A stretch of 64,000 nucleotides of DNA from Octopus sinensis. Taxonomy: Eukaryota. Below the pieces are notes generated by a model. That model was not told the origin of the DNA, did no database searches, and saw only the letters and a program-made list of their open reading frames with translations. Below are positions 13,734 to 44,893 of the stretch, one piece after another (positions within the stretch are counted from its first letter, which is position 1; the number at the start of each line of letters is the position of its first letter). The position numbers and the translations under genes were made by a program. Location of the stretch: NCBI RefSeq assembly GCF_006345805.1, contig NC_043011.1, positions 63,996,464-64,060,463 of the forward strand, given 5' to 3'.

Positions 13734-13736
<3 letters not shown>
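7714..13736 (+). CDS. Gene A: 5-exon, 107-aa secreted/GPI-anchored six-cysteine protein, RGM N-domain-like (join 7714-7750, 9399-9498, 12012-12099, 12674-12712, 13677-13736)
   Basis: Canonical AG/GT at every junction; phases 1,2,0,0 chain into an intact ORF: MKVFIFMSLLIVGPDGVSTCTEKADAYCKEAKMSYNEMVLSTEFCKLYWKFEPCLKWVGDYCAGHFEYYFKKRCPHEPPKENSSVRNEVILKNQLITASLITFFQCM*. Exon sizes, phases and Cys positions are conserved in paralogs B and C, with synonymous substitutions versus B. Confidence 0.85.
8361..8520 (+). mobile_element. Penelope-like endonuclease C-terminal relic
   Basis: PY...KLCIAERAGIL...ILTSRTEIFKPCLH resembles the C.LCL.EK..IL...LNSR.E....CRH tail of PLE ORFs. Confidence 0.45.
9399..9498 (+). 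CDS. Gene A exon 2 (100 nt, Cys1-3)
   Basis: ttttag|GT...TTC TGC AA|gtatta; exactly 100 nt in all three paralogs. Confidence 0.9.
9739..9776 (+). ncRNA. Degenerate hammerhead-like motif (same family as 3991-4028)
   Basis: CUGUCGA A GAGC-GCAG-GCUC GAA ACGU U; stem I reduced to 2 bp. Confidence 0.4.
10147..10800 (-). mobile_element. Unassigned decayed coding relic, probably a DNA transposase
   Basis: Higher-complexity block with broken minus-strand reading frames inside intron 2 of gene A; no catalytic motif could be read. Confidence 0.25.
12012..12099 (+). CDS. Gene A exon 3 (88 nt, Cys4-6)
   Basis: tgtccag|G CTT TAT...TGT CCG|gtaata; exactly 88 nt in all three paralogs. Confidence 0.9.
12674..12712 (+). 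CDS. Gene A exon 4 (39 nt, polar linker HEPPKENSSVRNE)
   Basis: tttcag|...GAG|gtacgt; downstream intron is homologous to that after 34183. Confidence 0.8.
13677..13736 (+). CDS. Gene A exon 5 coding part (hydrophobic tail VILKNQLITASLITFFQCM*)
   Basis: ttacag|GTA...; the stop aligns with the stop in gene B; AATAAA at 13986-13991. Confidence 0.8.
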
Positions 13737-13779
<43 letters not shown>

Positions 13780-14615
13780 AATTGTGTTAGTTCTTAGTTA
13801 ATGCGACTTTTTTCAACAAATTTTATTCACCAAAAACAATATAAATATTTAGGAAAATACATTTTTAAATGACGTTCCGACCGTCTGCGAAGCAAATAGG
13901 AAGCAGTAATTGAAGTAGATGGGGAATATGCTCCAGAATAATCATTTAAAGATGATTTTGTTACATGTTGTTATTTTTATTGTCGAATAAAATTTGCTGA
14001 ATATAAGTCGCAATAATTATCCAATACATATATAAATGTATGTATATACTTTATTAATAAAGCTGTGTCATCAACACAAGTGGTACTCAGAGTTTCTCGT
14101 TCCCGTTTAACAGGAAGATAAAACTCTCAGTAACAGTCTATGTGATGATAATGAAACTTTTCCGTTTTGCATTTATATGCTTATTCTGGTATACATATGT
14201 AGAAACCGCAAGTATTGCGTAAATTTTCAATTAGATCTTCTGCGTAAAATGGCGTTGCTATCACAATTGTAGCTGATCACTAAAGACATGTTAAAACATT
14301 TTTATCGTATTCTCGGGATTATATATAAAAAGGCAAGAAATATTAAGCGATTATCTCCCTTACACCGGAAGAAATCACTTATTACCTCCCCTTATCTGGA
14401 ACTCTTCTTTACACTTCTCAACGAAAACATAACGATGTTAGAAATTTGAAAAGCTGAACGCGAAACCGGTCTTTCTTCAAAAACTATGTATTTCTTCAAA
14501 AACTATGTCATTGTATGAAAAAAATTTATAACATTCTCCTGACATAATAACTCAAATATATATTTTTTAACCTTGTAAAACAAGCCTTCTGTAGTGTTTT
14601 TCACTTTTTACTATT

Positions 14616-14651
<36 letters not shown>

Positions 14652-15012
14652 TTTTTACAGATGAGGGTGAAAAATTGGATATTAATTTAGTAATACCATC
14701 AATTTAACACCATGTAGCTTAGCACATAAAATCCAGGGATACAAGACAAATTTATACATAAATACGAGAGAGTAACCACTATGTGGTCGACTCTACTGCT
14801 AAAAATAGATCCGCTATGCTATAGCCACTAAAAATTGTTTCCAAGGAGAAATAACACAACATTTAACGTAGGGCAAGTTTTACCGTTGTGTGTGTTACAT
14901 TATAAAGCACAAAAAGAAAATGACACTCCCCAGCAACAACAGTATATTATATCTGCATACATGCATACACACACATACACGCACACGCATACACACACAC
15001 ACACACACACAC

Positions 15013-15066
<54 letters not shown>

Positions 15067-16647
15067 TATATGAAAGAGTGAGTAGAGATGGCTTTTTGAG
15101 GGGAACATTTTAATTTAATCATAATAAAAATACTATTTATTGTCAGTTAATCAGATATTGGTTTCAAGCTTTAAGTGGCCGTTCTCTTAAACAGCAAAGT
15201 CATTTTTTATAACTATACATAGAAGGAAATTATACAGTAGAAGGAGAAGAAAACCTAAATAAATGTACAAATGGGTTCAAAACGGTCATAGTAACGCCGT
15301 TTTGATTCCAGACCGGGCTGTGTGAATGTTTATTGACCGAAAAGGCCTAAAGCTCCACGAAAGTTTCCCCATACCCCGCCGGGCCTTCATAGATCTTTAA
15401 GTCTTTTCGTTCAATGAACATTGACATACCCGGTCTGGGAATCTGAACGGCGATCCTATGACCGCAAGTCTGCTGCCCACATTGCTGGACAAACTGCGCC
15501 TCTACAATATTACATAGATAACATTCATTCACTGGATGCATCTTTCTTTTCTACACTCTTCTCTACAACATCTTACTCCACGGTCGTAATAAGTGCTTGA
15601 CTACTGACAGCATGTATATAAAAGCACAACATTAGTATATTTGGCATTTCTGTATAAGAACATACGTGTTTTCTCTGAAGGTGAATGATCTAGTGTGTAG
15701 CGCGTTGCTCTCACGATTACCTGATCTGCGTCCGAATCCTGGATAAGGCGACGTGTTGCGTGCTTAGGCAAAACATTTCACCATGCTCCAGTTCGCTCAC
15801 CTGTAACACGAAGAAACCTACGAATGTGTGGCAACACCTCCAAAGCAGCATATTTACACACACAAGCATGCATACATACCTACCTACCTACATACATACA
15901 TACATACATACATATATGCATACATACATACATACACGCAAATAGCACACGCACATATGCACACACACACGCGTACATACAAACGCACATACGAATATAC
16001 AACAGTAAATCCAGTTGCTACATCAAAGCAGCTGTTGAATGTTACTACTTCTTTAACTCCAGGCAGACCCTCCGCTAGCTGGTTATCGGGGCAAAATCCT
16101 GCACACTTTATACACAATATATTGTTAGCAGGGGAAGCTAACACGTACCACACTCCAACAGATTACAGGATCGGAAGACTGACTCTGGAGCTATTTGGCC
16201 CATCCTCAGTCTCGAGCATTGCTAGAGCGATAGCCAGAGTCCTCTACCGCTAACAATATATTGTAATCAAAGCGACCATCTGTCACTAATTTGCAACAAT
16301 CAAAATAGCTTGTTCTAAAGTCTGAAGGGAGAGAATGCTAACTATGTTAATCAGGAAAGTCATTTGCCACAACAAATGGCTGTTGAACGTTACTTCTAGT
16401 TTAACCTCAAATAACTCGAAACTAAATCAGCCTGTCGATCCCGTTATCTGCTGGAGGTTTACAAGAGTTCGCTCCCATGCTACCAATATGTTGTATATAA
16501 AGGGTGCAGAATGTTGCACCGATTGCCAGCTGGTTATAAGTGAAGAATGTGGGAGGCAGAATATCAGAAGGAAAGACAGATATAAAGCGCGTGTGTATAT
16601 GTATATATGTAAGTATGTATGCATGCATATGTATGCATGCATATGTA

Positions 16648-16750
<103 letters not shown>

Positions 16751-17771
16751 TGTGTGTGTGTCTGTGTGTTGAGGTGTGTATGCGTGTGTACACTGAATAA
16801 AATGAAAATAAGAAGGGAAGTATATATAATATACAACAGTAAAATGAAAGAAGGGATAAATAAGATATTGATGATGTTACAAGAGAATCTATGAGAATAA
16901 TCGAGAAGTCCTGCCATGGATATCTCTGAAAAACCAAGGCCAAGTGCCGTCTCCAAGTCATTTTCTCCGTCTCTCGGCTCTAGGCTCTTTTGCAACATTC
17001 AAACACTTTTCAAATAAATTCACTCAACGATAGTACCTCTTCCCCCCTCACTTTCTTTTCAAGTGGAAGCTGAAAAAGTCGGTCAGTGCTCTACCAAAGA
17101 GGAATGTCTCTGCTCATATGCCATTCAGCATTCTCCACCAGGCATGTAGAAACCCAAACATGCAGATAGACGGAAATTCATCACAGAAACCGAATTTCAC
17201 AAGAAAAAATAGTTTCTGACCTTTCGCATCCTTTGTGATACGACCTCCAGATTTATTAAACACAGCAAAAGTACGAATCACACAAAATTAATTTCGTCAG
17301 AAATTCGTTTAAATTGATCGCGTATTTTGTAGCAATTATTAAAATTCTCAACGCCATTCTCATTTCAAAAAATTCTATAACAGCATTTTACGTGTTGGTG
17401 AATCAAATATTGCAGCCGGTCGAGTAAAGAAGCGAGGCCGAGTAATTTGCACCTTTATATGATTTACATCTGCTCTTTCATTTTTGGCCTCCACTCCACC
17501 ACAATTTCGCATGTCCATCGTCATGCACACAGTGTATATAAGTTAAATAAGATTCGGTTAAAAGAATCTTGTAGCATGCTAGGCAATGCTCGTTTAAAGA
17601 TAAGTTGGTTAGATGTGTAAATAAATCTTTAAGCAGGATCCGTATAAAACAATCACTGAAAGAGGCACACTTTACACCTTGAAATGAGTATACTGATTAC
17701 GCGACATCTCATTAAAGTACAATCCACATAAATGAAGCGATTTAAAAAAAAGAATGTTGATAATTTCCTTT

Positions 17772-17826
<55 letters not shown>

Positions 17827-17881
17827 ACCTCTCTATCTATCTATCTATATATTTATCTATCTATCTATCTATCTATCTATC

Positions 17882-17920
<39 letters not shown>

Positions 17921-18047
17921 AGTCTGTCTGTCTATCTATCGATCTATCTATCTTTCCGTCTGTCTATGTATGTCTGTATGTATGTATGTATGTATGTTTG
18001 TATGTATGTATGTATGTATGTATGTTTGTATGTATGTATGTATGTAC

Positions 18048-18106
<59 letters not shown>

Positions 18107-18519
18107 ACTATCTATCAATCTATCTATCTGTCTGTCTGTCTGTCTATCCATCTACCTATCTGTCTATCTGTCTGTCTGTCTGTATGTTTCTCCGTATATC
18201 TATCGGTCTGTCTGTCTATCTCTCTTTCTATCTATCTATCTATTTTTTTTCTCCTCAAAAAGAAAAGCAGTACTTTGCAATCTGTCCCGTGTGTGTGCAG
18301 TCCTTTGTGGCTAATAAAGAAACATTATCTATCTATCTATATATCTATCTATCTATCTATCTATATATCTATCTATCTATCTATCTAATTATATATCTAC
18401 CTATTACATGCACCTACATATACATAACTATATACACATACACTGGCCTCGATACACCAGCTATTAAGTACCAAACTAATCAAACAATAATAGTAGCAAA
18501 AATCGCAGGACCTTAAGCG

Positions 18520-18780
18520 TAATGTGGTCGCATTGCCACAAGGCTTTTGGCAGTATACCACATGTGTGTATTATGAAGTACCTATTGTTAGCCAAACTTC
18601 CACAACCACTGGAGAATGTTATTTTACGTCTGACCAAGCCTTTTCAAATCACTAAGCTTGTTAGAAGTCATAGGAAATTGAGTAGGGTGGCAGTCACTAC
18701 CAAATAAGTATCTTCCAACGTGACAGCCTTCCTGCTATCAAACCTCTTCATAAAACATATTTACCATTAGCATGGATCCA
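18520..18780 (+). mobile_element. Non-LTR retrotransposon RT fragment (R2/R4-like)
   Basis: KAFGSIPH...LAKLP (cf. KAFDSIPH) and IFQRDSL (cf. GIFQGDSLS). Confidence 0.5.
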
Positions 18781-18838
18781 GAACATCATTTACGTTATTT
18801 TCATTCGACGGATATTTGTTCTCATCTTGCTTGTTGTT

Positions 18839-18884
18839 AACACAACCTTTCGGCTATTGTACCCTCCAGCCTTCATCAGGTGTC
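18839..18884 (-). ncRNA. Hammerhead ribozyme-like motif (CUGAUGA core)
   Basis: GACAC CUGAUGA A GGCUG-loop-UAGCC GAA AGGU U GUGUU; stems I and II pair, stem III palindrome broken. Confidence 0.6.
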
Positions 18885-18958
18885 TTGGGGAAATTTCGAA
18901 CCTGCTTTCCCATTCTAGGGAATTTTTCGATGTTGTTATAATAATAATAATAATAATA

Positions 18959-19004
<46 letters not shown>

Positions 19005-19056
19005 TATCATCGAAAAATACCTTTGGGATGAGAACCCAGGTTGGAAATTTCCCCAA

Positions 19057-19102
19057 GACACCTGATGAATGATGGTCGGTATATCAGCCGAAACGTTGTG
19101 TT
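19057..19102 (+). ncRNA. Hammerhead ribozyme-like motif (CUGAUGA core)
   Basis: GACAC CUGAUGA A UGAUG-loop-CAGCC GAA ACGU U GUGUU; stems I and III intact, stem II mutated. Confidence 0.6.
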
Positions 19103-20639
19103 AACAACAAACAAGATGAGGACAAGTATCCGTCAAATGTAAATAACGTATATAATGTACATAATTCCTCATCTCTTAAATATAGAACTGTATGGGTCCA
19201 GTAGTATTTACCATTCCTTCTTCGTCGATGACCTGTGATTCGATCGTCAACATTAAGAAAAAAGAAGAAGAACTGATATGACCCAACTTTCTACATACGT
19301 TAAGATGAAATTTGATTTCAAATGTGCATTTAAAAAAATAAAATACTGAAAAGTTATGAAATGCTTTGGAGATCTAACACTGAGAGCTTTATAAGTAGAA
19401 CTGCTAGTCATGTGACAACTATGGGTATTGTGGACAAGAGGATAATGGCAAATAAATAAAGAGAGAGTCAACAATGCATACAAATCTCAAGAATGAATCT
19501 CCGGAGAATAAAGAAAATATGTCCATCAGAAATCTCGATTTATAGTGGGCACTATACTTGAAAAGCATAGTCCAAACTGCTGTAAAGTCGGGAGAAATGC
19601 TGTTTAGCATACTTCCCGGCGCGATAACTGTACTCACAGCTCATAAATATAAAATGCATTTTATTGCAGTGATGAGAATATCGATTAACAATTTCGCTGG
19701 ATTCCATTTTATAATGGAAGAGTCAATGCTTCATTGTATTATATTTAACATTCTAGATTGATGGATATTTTCATAATAAAATAATATGTCACTACACACA
19801 TTGAAACACGAACTGTACGGCTTTGAACAAGAATGTGTTACAGATCAATCTAGATGAGGAGTGGTGGAGAATTAGCATGTGAAAACTCCTTAATCGTTAT
19901 CAGTTCAACCTATTGAAGACTAAATTAACGTATATGCTGGAATTCTTTAAGAATTATTCGACTTACTTAACTGCCAAAGTGAAAACAACGTTCCGCTAAG
20001 CGTAGTTAGAAAGCTGCTCCGTTATATGCGGAGAAAGACTGGTTATTTTGGAAACGTTTTACAGAACTTTGTTGTATTTAGGAATGGCCATTTTGCCAAT
20101 TTAGCCAATAAAAATACACGCACTATATATTTGGTGTTTCTTTGCTTCAGCGTTATTTATTTTTTACATTAATCTTAATCTTATTTCGGTCAGAGTTCTG
20201 TCGTCACACTCCTGTGACATCATCAGTGGTCCTTTTCTTTCTTCTTTCTTACTTGTGTGTCTCTCCTTACTAACGGTCAGACATTTTGTATTCTGTATTC
20301 CCATTGTGTGTGTCTTCATTTGCACATGCGTATAACTCTATGTGTGTCTATGTTTAGTTAGTGTGTGTGTTTGGGGGGTGGCTGTAATATTTGTATGTCA
20401 TGTTTATATACGTTCGTGTAATATGTTTTTTGTTTTTGTTTTTGTTTATTTATAGTTTGTTTATGTGTTTACACCTACTTATTATTATAATTCTTTTACT
20501 CATTATTATTATTATAGTTCTTTTCTTCAAATGATGTATGTAAGCGTTTGGCGTTCTGTCAATATTTCATTATAATATTTGACACAATTCTAATTCAGTG
20601 TAAATATGCTTCTTTGGTACCCCCTGGTTAGCCGTTGGC

Positions 20640-20716
20640 AAACATGTCAAATATAATATCTCTTCAACCTCATATATATAATATTCATATTTTGTGGTTG
20701 CGAGAGAATGCATCTG
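20640..20716 (+). promoter_or_regulatory. Gene B core promoter/5' block
   Basis: Same conserved blocks as 7547-7625; TGTGGTT at 20693-20699. Confidence 0.55.
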
Positions 20717-20736
20717 TGTCCATCTACTTGTACAGA

Positions 20737-39707
<18,971 letters not shown>

Positions 39708-39947
39708 ATAATGTATGCATGTATGTATGTACACAAACAATTATATATGTATGGATATATATGTATATATATATCTGTGTTTGTGCATGCGTGTGTAATC
39801 GGAATATTGAGGATGAATATTGTATTCTAATAATTTAAATGCTACTTTCAACAGAGTTGGCACGTCAGGAGCGAATATAGTAATATTTGGTGAATTTTGT
39901 TTATATTTCCACTAGCCTATATACACTAATAAAATTATATAAGTATA

Positions 39948-40070
<123 letters not shown>

Positions 40071-40189
40071 GTGTGTGTGTTTGTGTGTGTGCGTTCGTGT
40101 GTTTGTTTGTGAGCGGTGGTGTGTGTGTTGAATACTTAGTATAAAGCATTGGTTGGAATATATTATATAAAATCCGTGGGTAAAGCCTG

Positions 40190-40670
40190 GACAATGTGAA
40201 ACAAATCGAAGGTAAATCGGAAGATAACAGGCCTATGAACTAATGGTGACTTACCCTCCATTCAGTATTTCAGGAATTAGTGAATGTTGAAAATCCATCC
40301 TCCTCGGGAATTAGGGAATGTTGCAGATGTGAGAAAAGTTCTGAACACTAAAAGCAACATGAGGAGTGCAACTTAACAAATTGCCCCATCAAGAACCCCA
40401 AAATGTGACAGAGGACCTATGTTGTATACGGGGTCAGTTGCTGCAAATGTGAGGCATTCTACGTAAGAAGCACGACAAGAAACCTGAATATATGCATAGA
40501 ATAACACATGCAGAAACACTTCTGTGAAGAAATATCTACGAAAGTTCCAGACCGGGGATTTCCAAATGTATATCGATGCAACCAAGTACAACAGAGGCAA
40601 CCTTTGAATTTTCGAAGCCATATTAATACATCAACGGAAGGCCACTCTCAACAACAGAAGTGAGTTACAT
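40190..40670 (+). mobile_element. Penelope-like GIY-YIG endonuclease relic
   Basis: YVVYGVSCCKCEAFYV.STTRNL.I.I..H motif followed by EAI.I...P.LN-like residues. Confidence 0.55.
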
Positions 40671-40887
40671 GAAAGTAGCTGTTTCCTATAGCAACAGTAT
40701 TCTGCACATGTTTACTCCCTACATATACAAACCCATGTACATCTGCAATATTCGTGTAGTTATGAAGAGGAGGGAGGTCATAACCCTGAAATATAGAACA
40801 CAGGCTGAGTCATCATTAACTCATATACATATTTTGTTGTGATTTGTCTTGGATTTATTTTGCATTGTTCTGCCTTACACACGAATA

Positions 40888-40982
<95 letters not shown>

Positions 40983-41246
40983 GTGTGTAGATGCAAACAT
41001 TATAAACGTGTGTTGCCAAAATTCCTGATGTGAAACTGTGTGGTAAATCAGCTAGCGTTGAATTTCGGAATGCTCAGATTTTTGCCAAATAAACACACTG
41101 GATGCAACTGGAAACCACATTGCGAGATTTTTGCAGCCAGAAAATGTCGGACAAAAATCTAAATTAAAGTTGGTGTATAATTGCCTGTAATAACAATAAA
41201 AAAATTATGCAGATGTATTAGTCTCATTATTTAATTGAATTCCTTG

Positions 41247-41340
<94 letters not shown>

Positions 41341-41553
41341 ACAACTGTTGTTATGTCCTGTTTATTGTATTTGTGTAACATTTCTCTATTTTTCTACGTC
41401 CTTCTTTTCATTTTTCGTCTCTCTAGACGTTTTGTTGTCCCCTTTTTGTATCATCCAACTGTCTGGATGTTTTGCCTTCTTGTCCTATTTTGCATTTTTT
41501 ATATATATAAAAATATAGCGGTACGGTAGGAACTTTGGTTTCTTGTATGTAAA

Positions 41554-41724
<171 letters not shown>

Positions 41725-42796
41725 TCAATTTTGTACGCCTCTACTATTCTATCTATTCTTTCATTCTTTCCTTCTATCGGCCCTTTCACACTTACTTGGT
41801 TCATTCCACTCTTCGTTCTTTCGTTTCCCCTCTCACATTTCTTGGCCTTCTCTTCATACTCTTTCTAGTCTTTCACTTCACTCTATCCTTTCATATTTCT
41901 ATAGCCTCTCCTTAATTCTCTTATCCCTCTGCATCTACCTCTCTCTCTTCTCTCCCCACGTGAACGGTGTTCGCCCAAGCCTGACCTTTCTTGGTTCGAC
42001 TAACATCCGTACAACATCTATATTCCTCTATGTGCCTGTCAAGCCTATGTCCCTGTCGCAAGGATTTACTTCCAGACACGCCTGTTTAATTCAATTCGTC
42101 CTTAGTCGAAAGGAACCTGTGGTTATGTCCTGTTATTTGCATTTATTTTTGCGAAATATTTCTCCTTTTTTTCCCGTCCTTGTTTTCGTAATACATTCGC
42201 TACTTTCTTCCAAGGAATCTAATGATTTTAGCTTAGTTGTTTTTTCTTTGGGGAGAATGTGACGCTTAGCATATAGCCTCTGCTTTAATCCCGTATTACT
42301 AGGACGTCCATGTATGTTAGGATGAAACGTTTGTCTTCACAAATCTGGGGCATCCATCCATCATACAATAGATACAAAATTATATTAAACTCCTCATATT
42401 TGAATAACGTCGAGATCGAGGAGATTCCAGCTGCCATAATATCAACTATATCACTACACCAATAATAATCTCCTACACTATATGGGCAATAAATAATATG
42501 CGTGGATAATTGGCTCTATGTAAGCAATATATTTTTAATAACTTTATTTTGCTATAGTCAAAATCTTCCTAATTATCAGTCTGTAGACTGTGGCCATGCT
42601 GGGTCACCGCCCTGAATTTTGAATCGAATGAATAGATCGACACCAGTACTTCTTTTTCTTGTGTCTGGAACTTATTTTATCGGCCTCTTTTGCTGAACCG
42701 TTATGTTACGTTGGTGTAAACACAGCAACAGCGGTTGTAAAGCAGTCTCGGTAGAGGGAAATGGTGATGCAGACACACTTCCATAGCTATGTATAG

Positions 42797-42877
<81 letters not shown>

Positions 42878-43144
42878 TATCTGTGTGTCTCTATATATAT
42901 TCGACTGACTTCTCTCTGTGTTCATAAAATCCGCTTACAAAGATTTGGTCGGTACTAGGCAACAGACGAAGACACTTGCACAAGTTACCACACAATAGGA
43001 GTAGACCTGGAAACATGGGGTTACAAAGCATGCTTCTTAACATACAGCTTCGCTCGCACCTATGAATTAAAATGTCATGTTTTCTTCTTCTTCAAACTTA
43101 TGCAAACTATTTCTCTGAGTTGCGTACTCCACTTTTTAATTTAG

Positions 43145-43990
43145 ATTAAATATTGCACAGCAATAGATCCAACTGGTAAGTTAGTCCAGTATTTCACACG
43201 TGTTACATCGTGCAAAAACCAATGAAATCGCACTGGACCACTGTATTGTGCTCACTTCTTGTACTCTTTGATGACTTCGAAAATAATTGAGTGTCATTCT
43301 CAAATATAGTTTTCTCTGCGAAAGACTGTTGATATTATTTCTGATACGATACAGAAGCTATGAAAGTTTTTCTTCGCTGAGTACGTACATGGTAATGGTT
43401 AGACATCGAATACTATTATTAGGAACTTAACATTCTAGCATTTTAATAATAGTGCACATTACTTTTGATAGAATTCTGCATTATTTCCAATGTACTCCAA
43501 GTCTTCCTAATAAATTCAATTTGAATTTAATGCAATTATTCCAAATTGTTCTTCTCTTGAATAGATGAATATAATTATTCAACTTTGTCAACATTAATTT
43601 CTCAACAACGTAGGAACAATGACAAACAATTACAGTTAAATTACACAGGTTTGTCGCTATGAAACTGAATTTCAATGAGAGAAAAAGCATTTTTTACTGG
43701 ATACATAAAAAACATTATTCTACACAAGCTAGGTAAATGTGAGATTTGCACATAGGCAGAAAGAAATTTGGTATTACAAATGGTGGAATATGGCTCTTCA
43801 GTTTACATAAAATCGACGTTCAATAAAACAAGTGAACTAAAGAAATTCCCACCCCCTAAGAAAAAATTACTGCTACTCATGACATCATATTGACGATTCT
43901 CAACAACTTTGTTGAAAATTGAAAATGCAAATATATTATGCCGAAAATTTAGAAAGAAAATCTTTAACTCTAAAATGTGAAAGAAAATCT
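43145..43990 (+). pseudogene. 3' relic of a further paralog (degenerate exon 4 plus last-intron sequence)
   Basis: aatttag|ATTAAATATTGCACAG...ACTG|gtaagt resembles B exon 4 (GTTAAAAATAGCCGAA). 43714-43775 closely matches B intron 39333-39394 (attattctacacaa.ctaggtaaatgtgag...aaagaaatttggtatt). Spacing matches gene A. No terminal exon found. Confidence 0.6.
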
Positions 43991-44045
43991 TTAACTCTAA
44001 AACACACGCCAGTATAGAGTAGTGGATGTAAATACATATACGTAT

Positions 44046-44077
<32 letters not shown>

Positions 44078-44157
44078 TTTTCAAAATGTGACCGCGTGTG
44101 TACCGTTGGCGACTTTTTCCCTCCGTCTTCCCTTCTCTGGATCTTTTCTTCTCCTAT

Positions 44158-44192
44158 GTTTCCAACGAAGAGCTCCACTCGAAACGTTAAAC
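44158..44192 (+). ncRNA. Degenerate hammerhead-like motif; another decayed one at about 45361-45395
   Basis: GUUU CCAACGA A GAG-CUCCA-CUC GAA ACGU U AAAC; stems pair but the core has two mismatches. Confidence 0.3.
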
Positions 44193-44328
44193 CCTCTTTC
44201 TTTCCTTCTTTCCTGAGCGTCCAATAATACTATATTTTTTCCACGTCCTCGCGTTGTTGTGTATTTTTGTGCTTTCTTCTTTGGATTAACTTTCTTATAT
44301 ATATATATATATATATATAAAGTTTACA

Positions 44329-44493
44329 GGCGCAAGAGTGGATGTGTGGTAAGTAGCTTGGTAACCAACCACATGGTTCTGGGTTCAATCCCACTATGTG
44401 GCATCTTGGGCAAGTGCCATCTGCTATAGCCCCGGGCCGACCAATGCCTTGTGAGTGGATTTGGTAGACGGGAACTGAAAAAAGCCTGTCGTA

Positions 44494-44563
<70 letters not shown>

Positions 44564-44625
44564 TGTTTGTGTGTGTGTGTGTCTGGACCCCTAGCATTGC
44601 TTGAAAACCGATGCTGGTGTCTTTA
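44329..44625 (+). mobile_element. tRNA-derived SINE (octopus-type)
   Basis: ggcgcaagagtgg.tgtgtggtaagtagcttg...gggttcaatccc head with A/B boxes and a microsatellite core; matches 47531-47925. Confidence 0.85.
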
Positions 44626-44713
44626 CAGGATTCAAGAGAATGACGTGCATAAGTAGTAAATCATCAAAGACAGGTCAGTGATAGCGTTATGGCGCACACG
44701 ATATGATATGATA

Positions 44714-44752
<39 letters not shown>

Positions 44753-44856
44753 AGTGTACATTTAAACACAAGAAAATATGCCTTCAACAAGCAGTTTTAC
44801 ACGCTAGAAGTAGACAAAAAGACTCAAACCAAATTTAAAAGCAATATTGAAAAGGA

Positions 44857-44893
44857 ATGAAAATAAATTATTTTGCCTCGTTACTTTATTCTG
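44857..44893 (+). CDS. Gene C exon 1 ([12 protein letters not shown]+G)
   Basis: ggaATG context and 37-nt length match A; F-x-S-L-L conserved; upstream acaagcag.tt.aca block shared with A. Confidence 0.6.

Noticed and set aside
43360-43386. ATGAAAGTTTTTCTTCGCTGAgtacgt, resembling a family exon 1
   Set aside because: Immediate stop, no promoter block, and it sits inside sequence homologous to the last intron.
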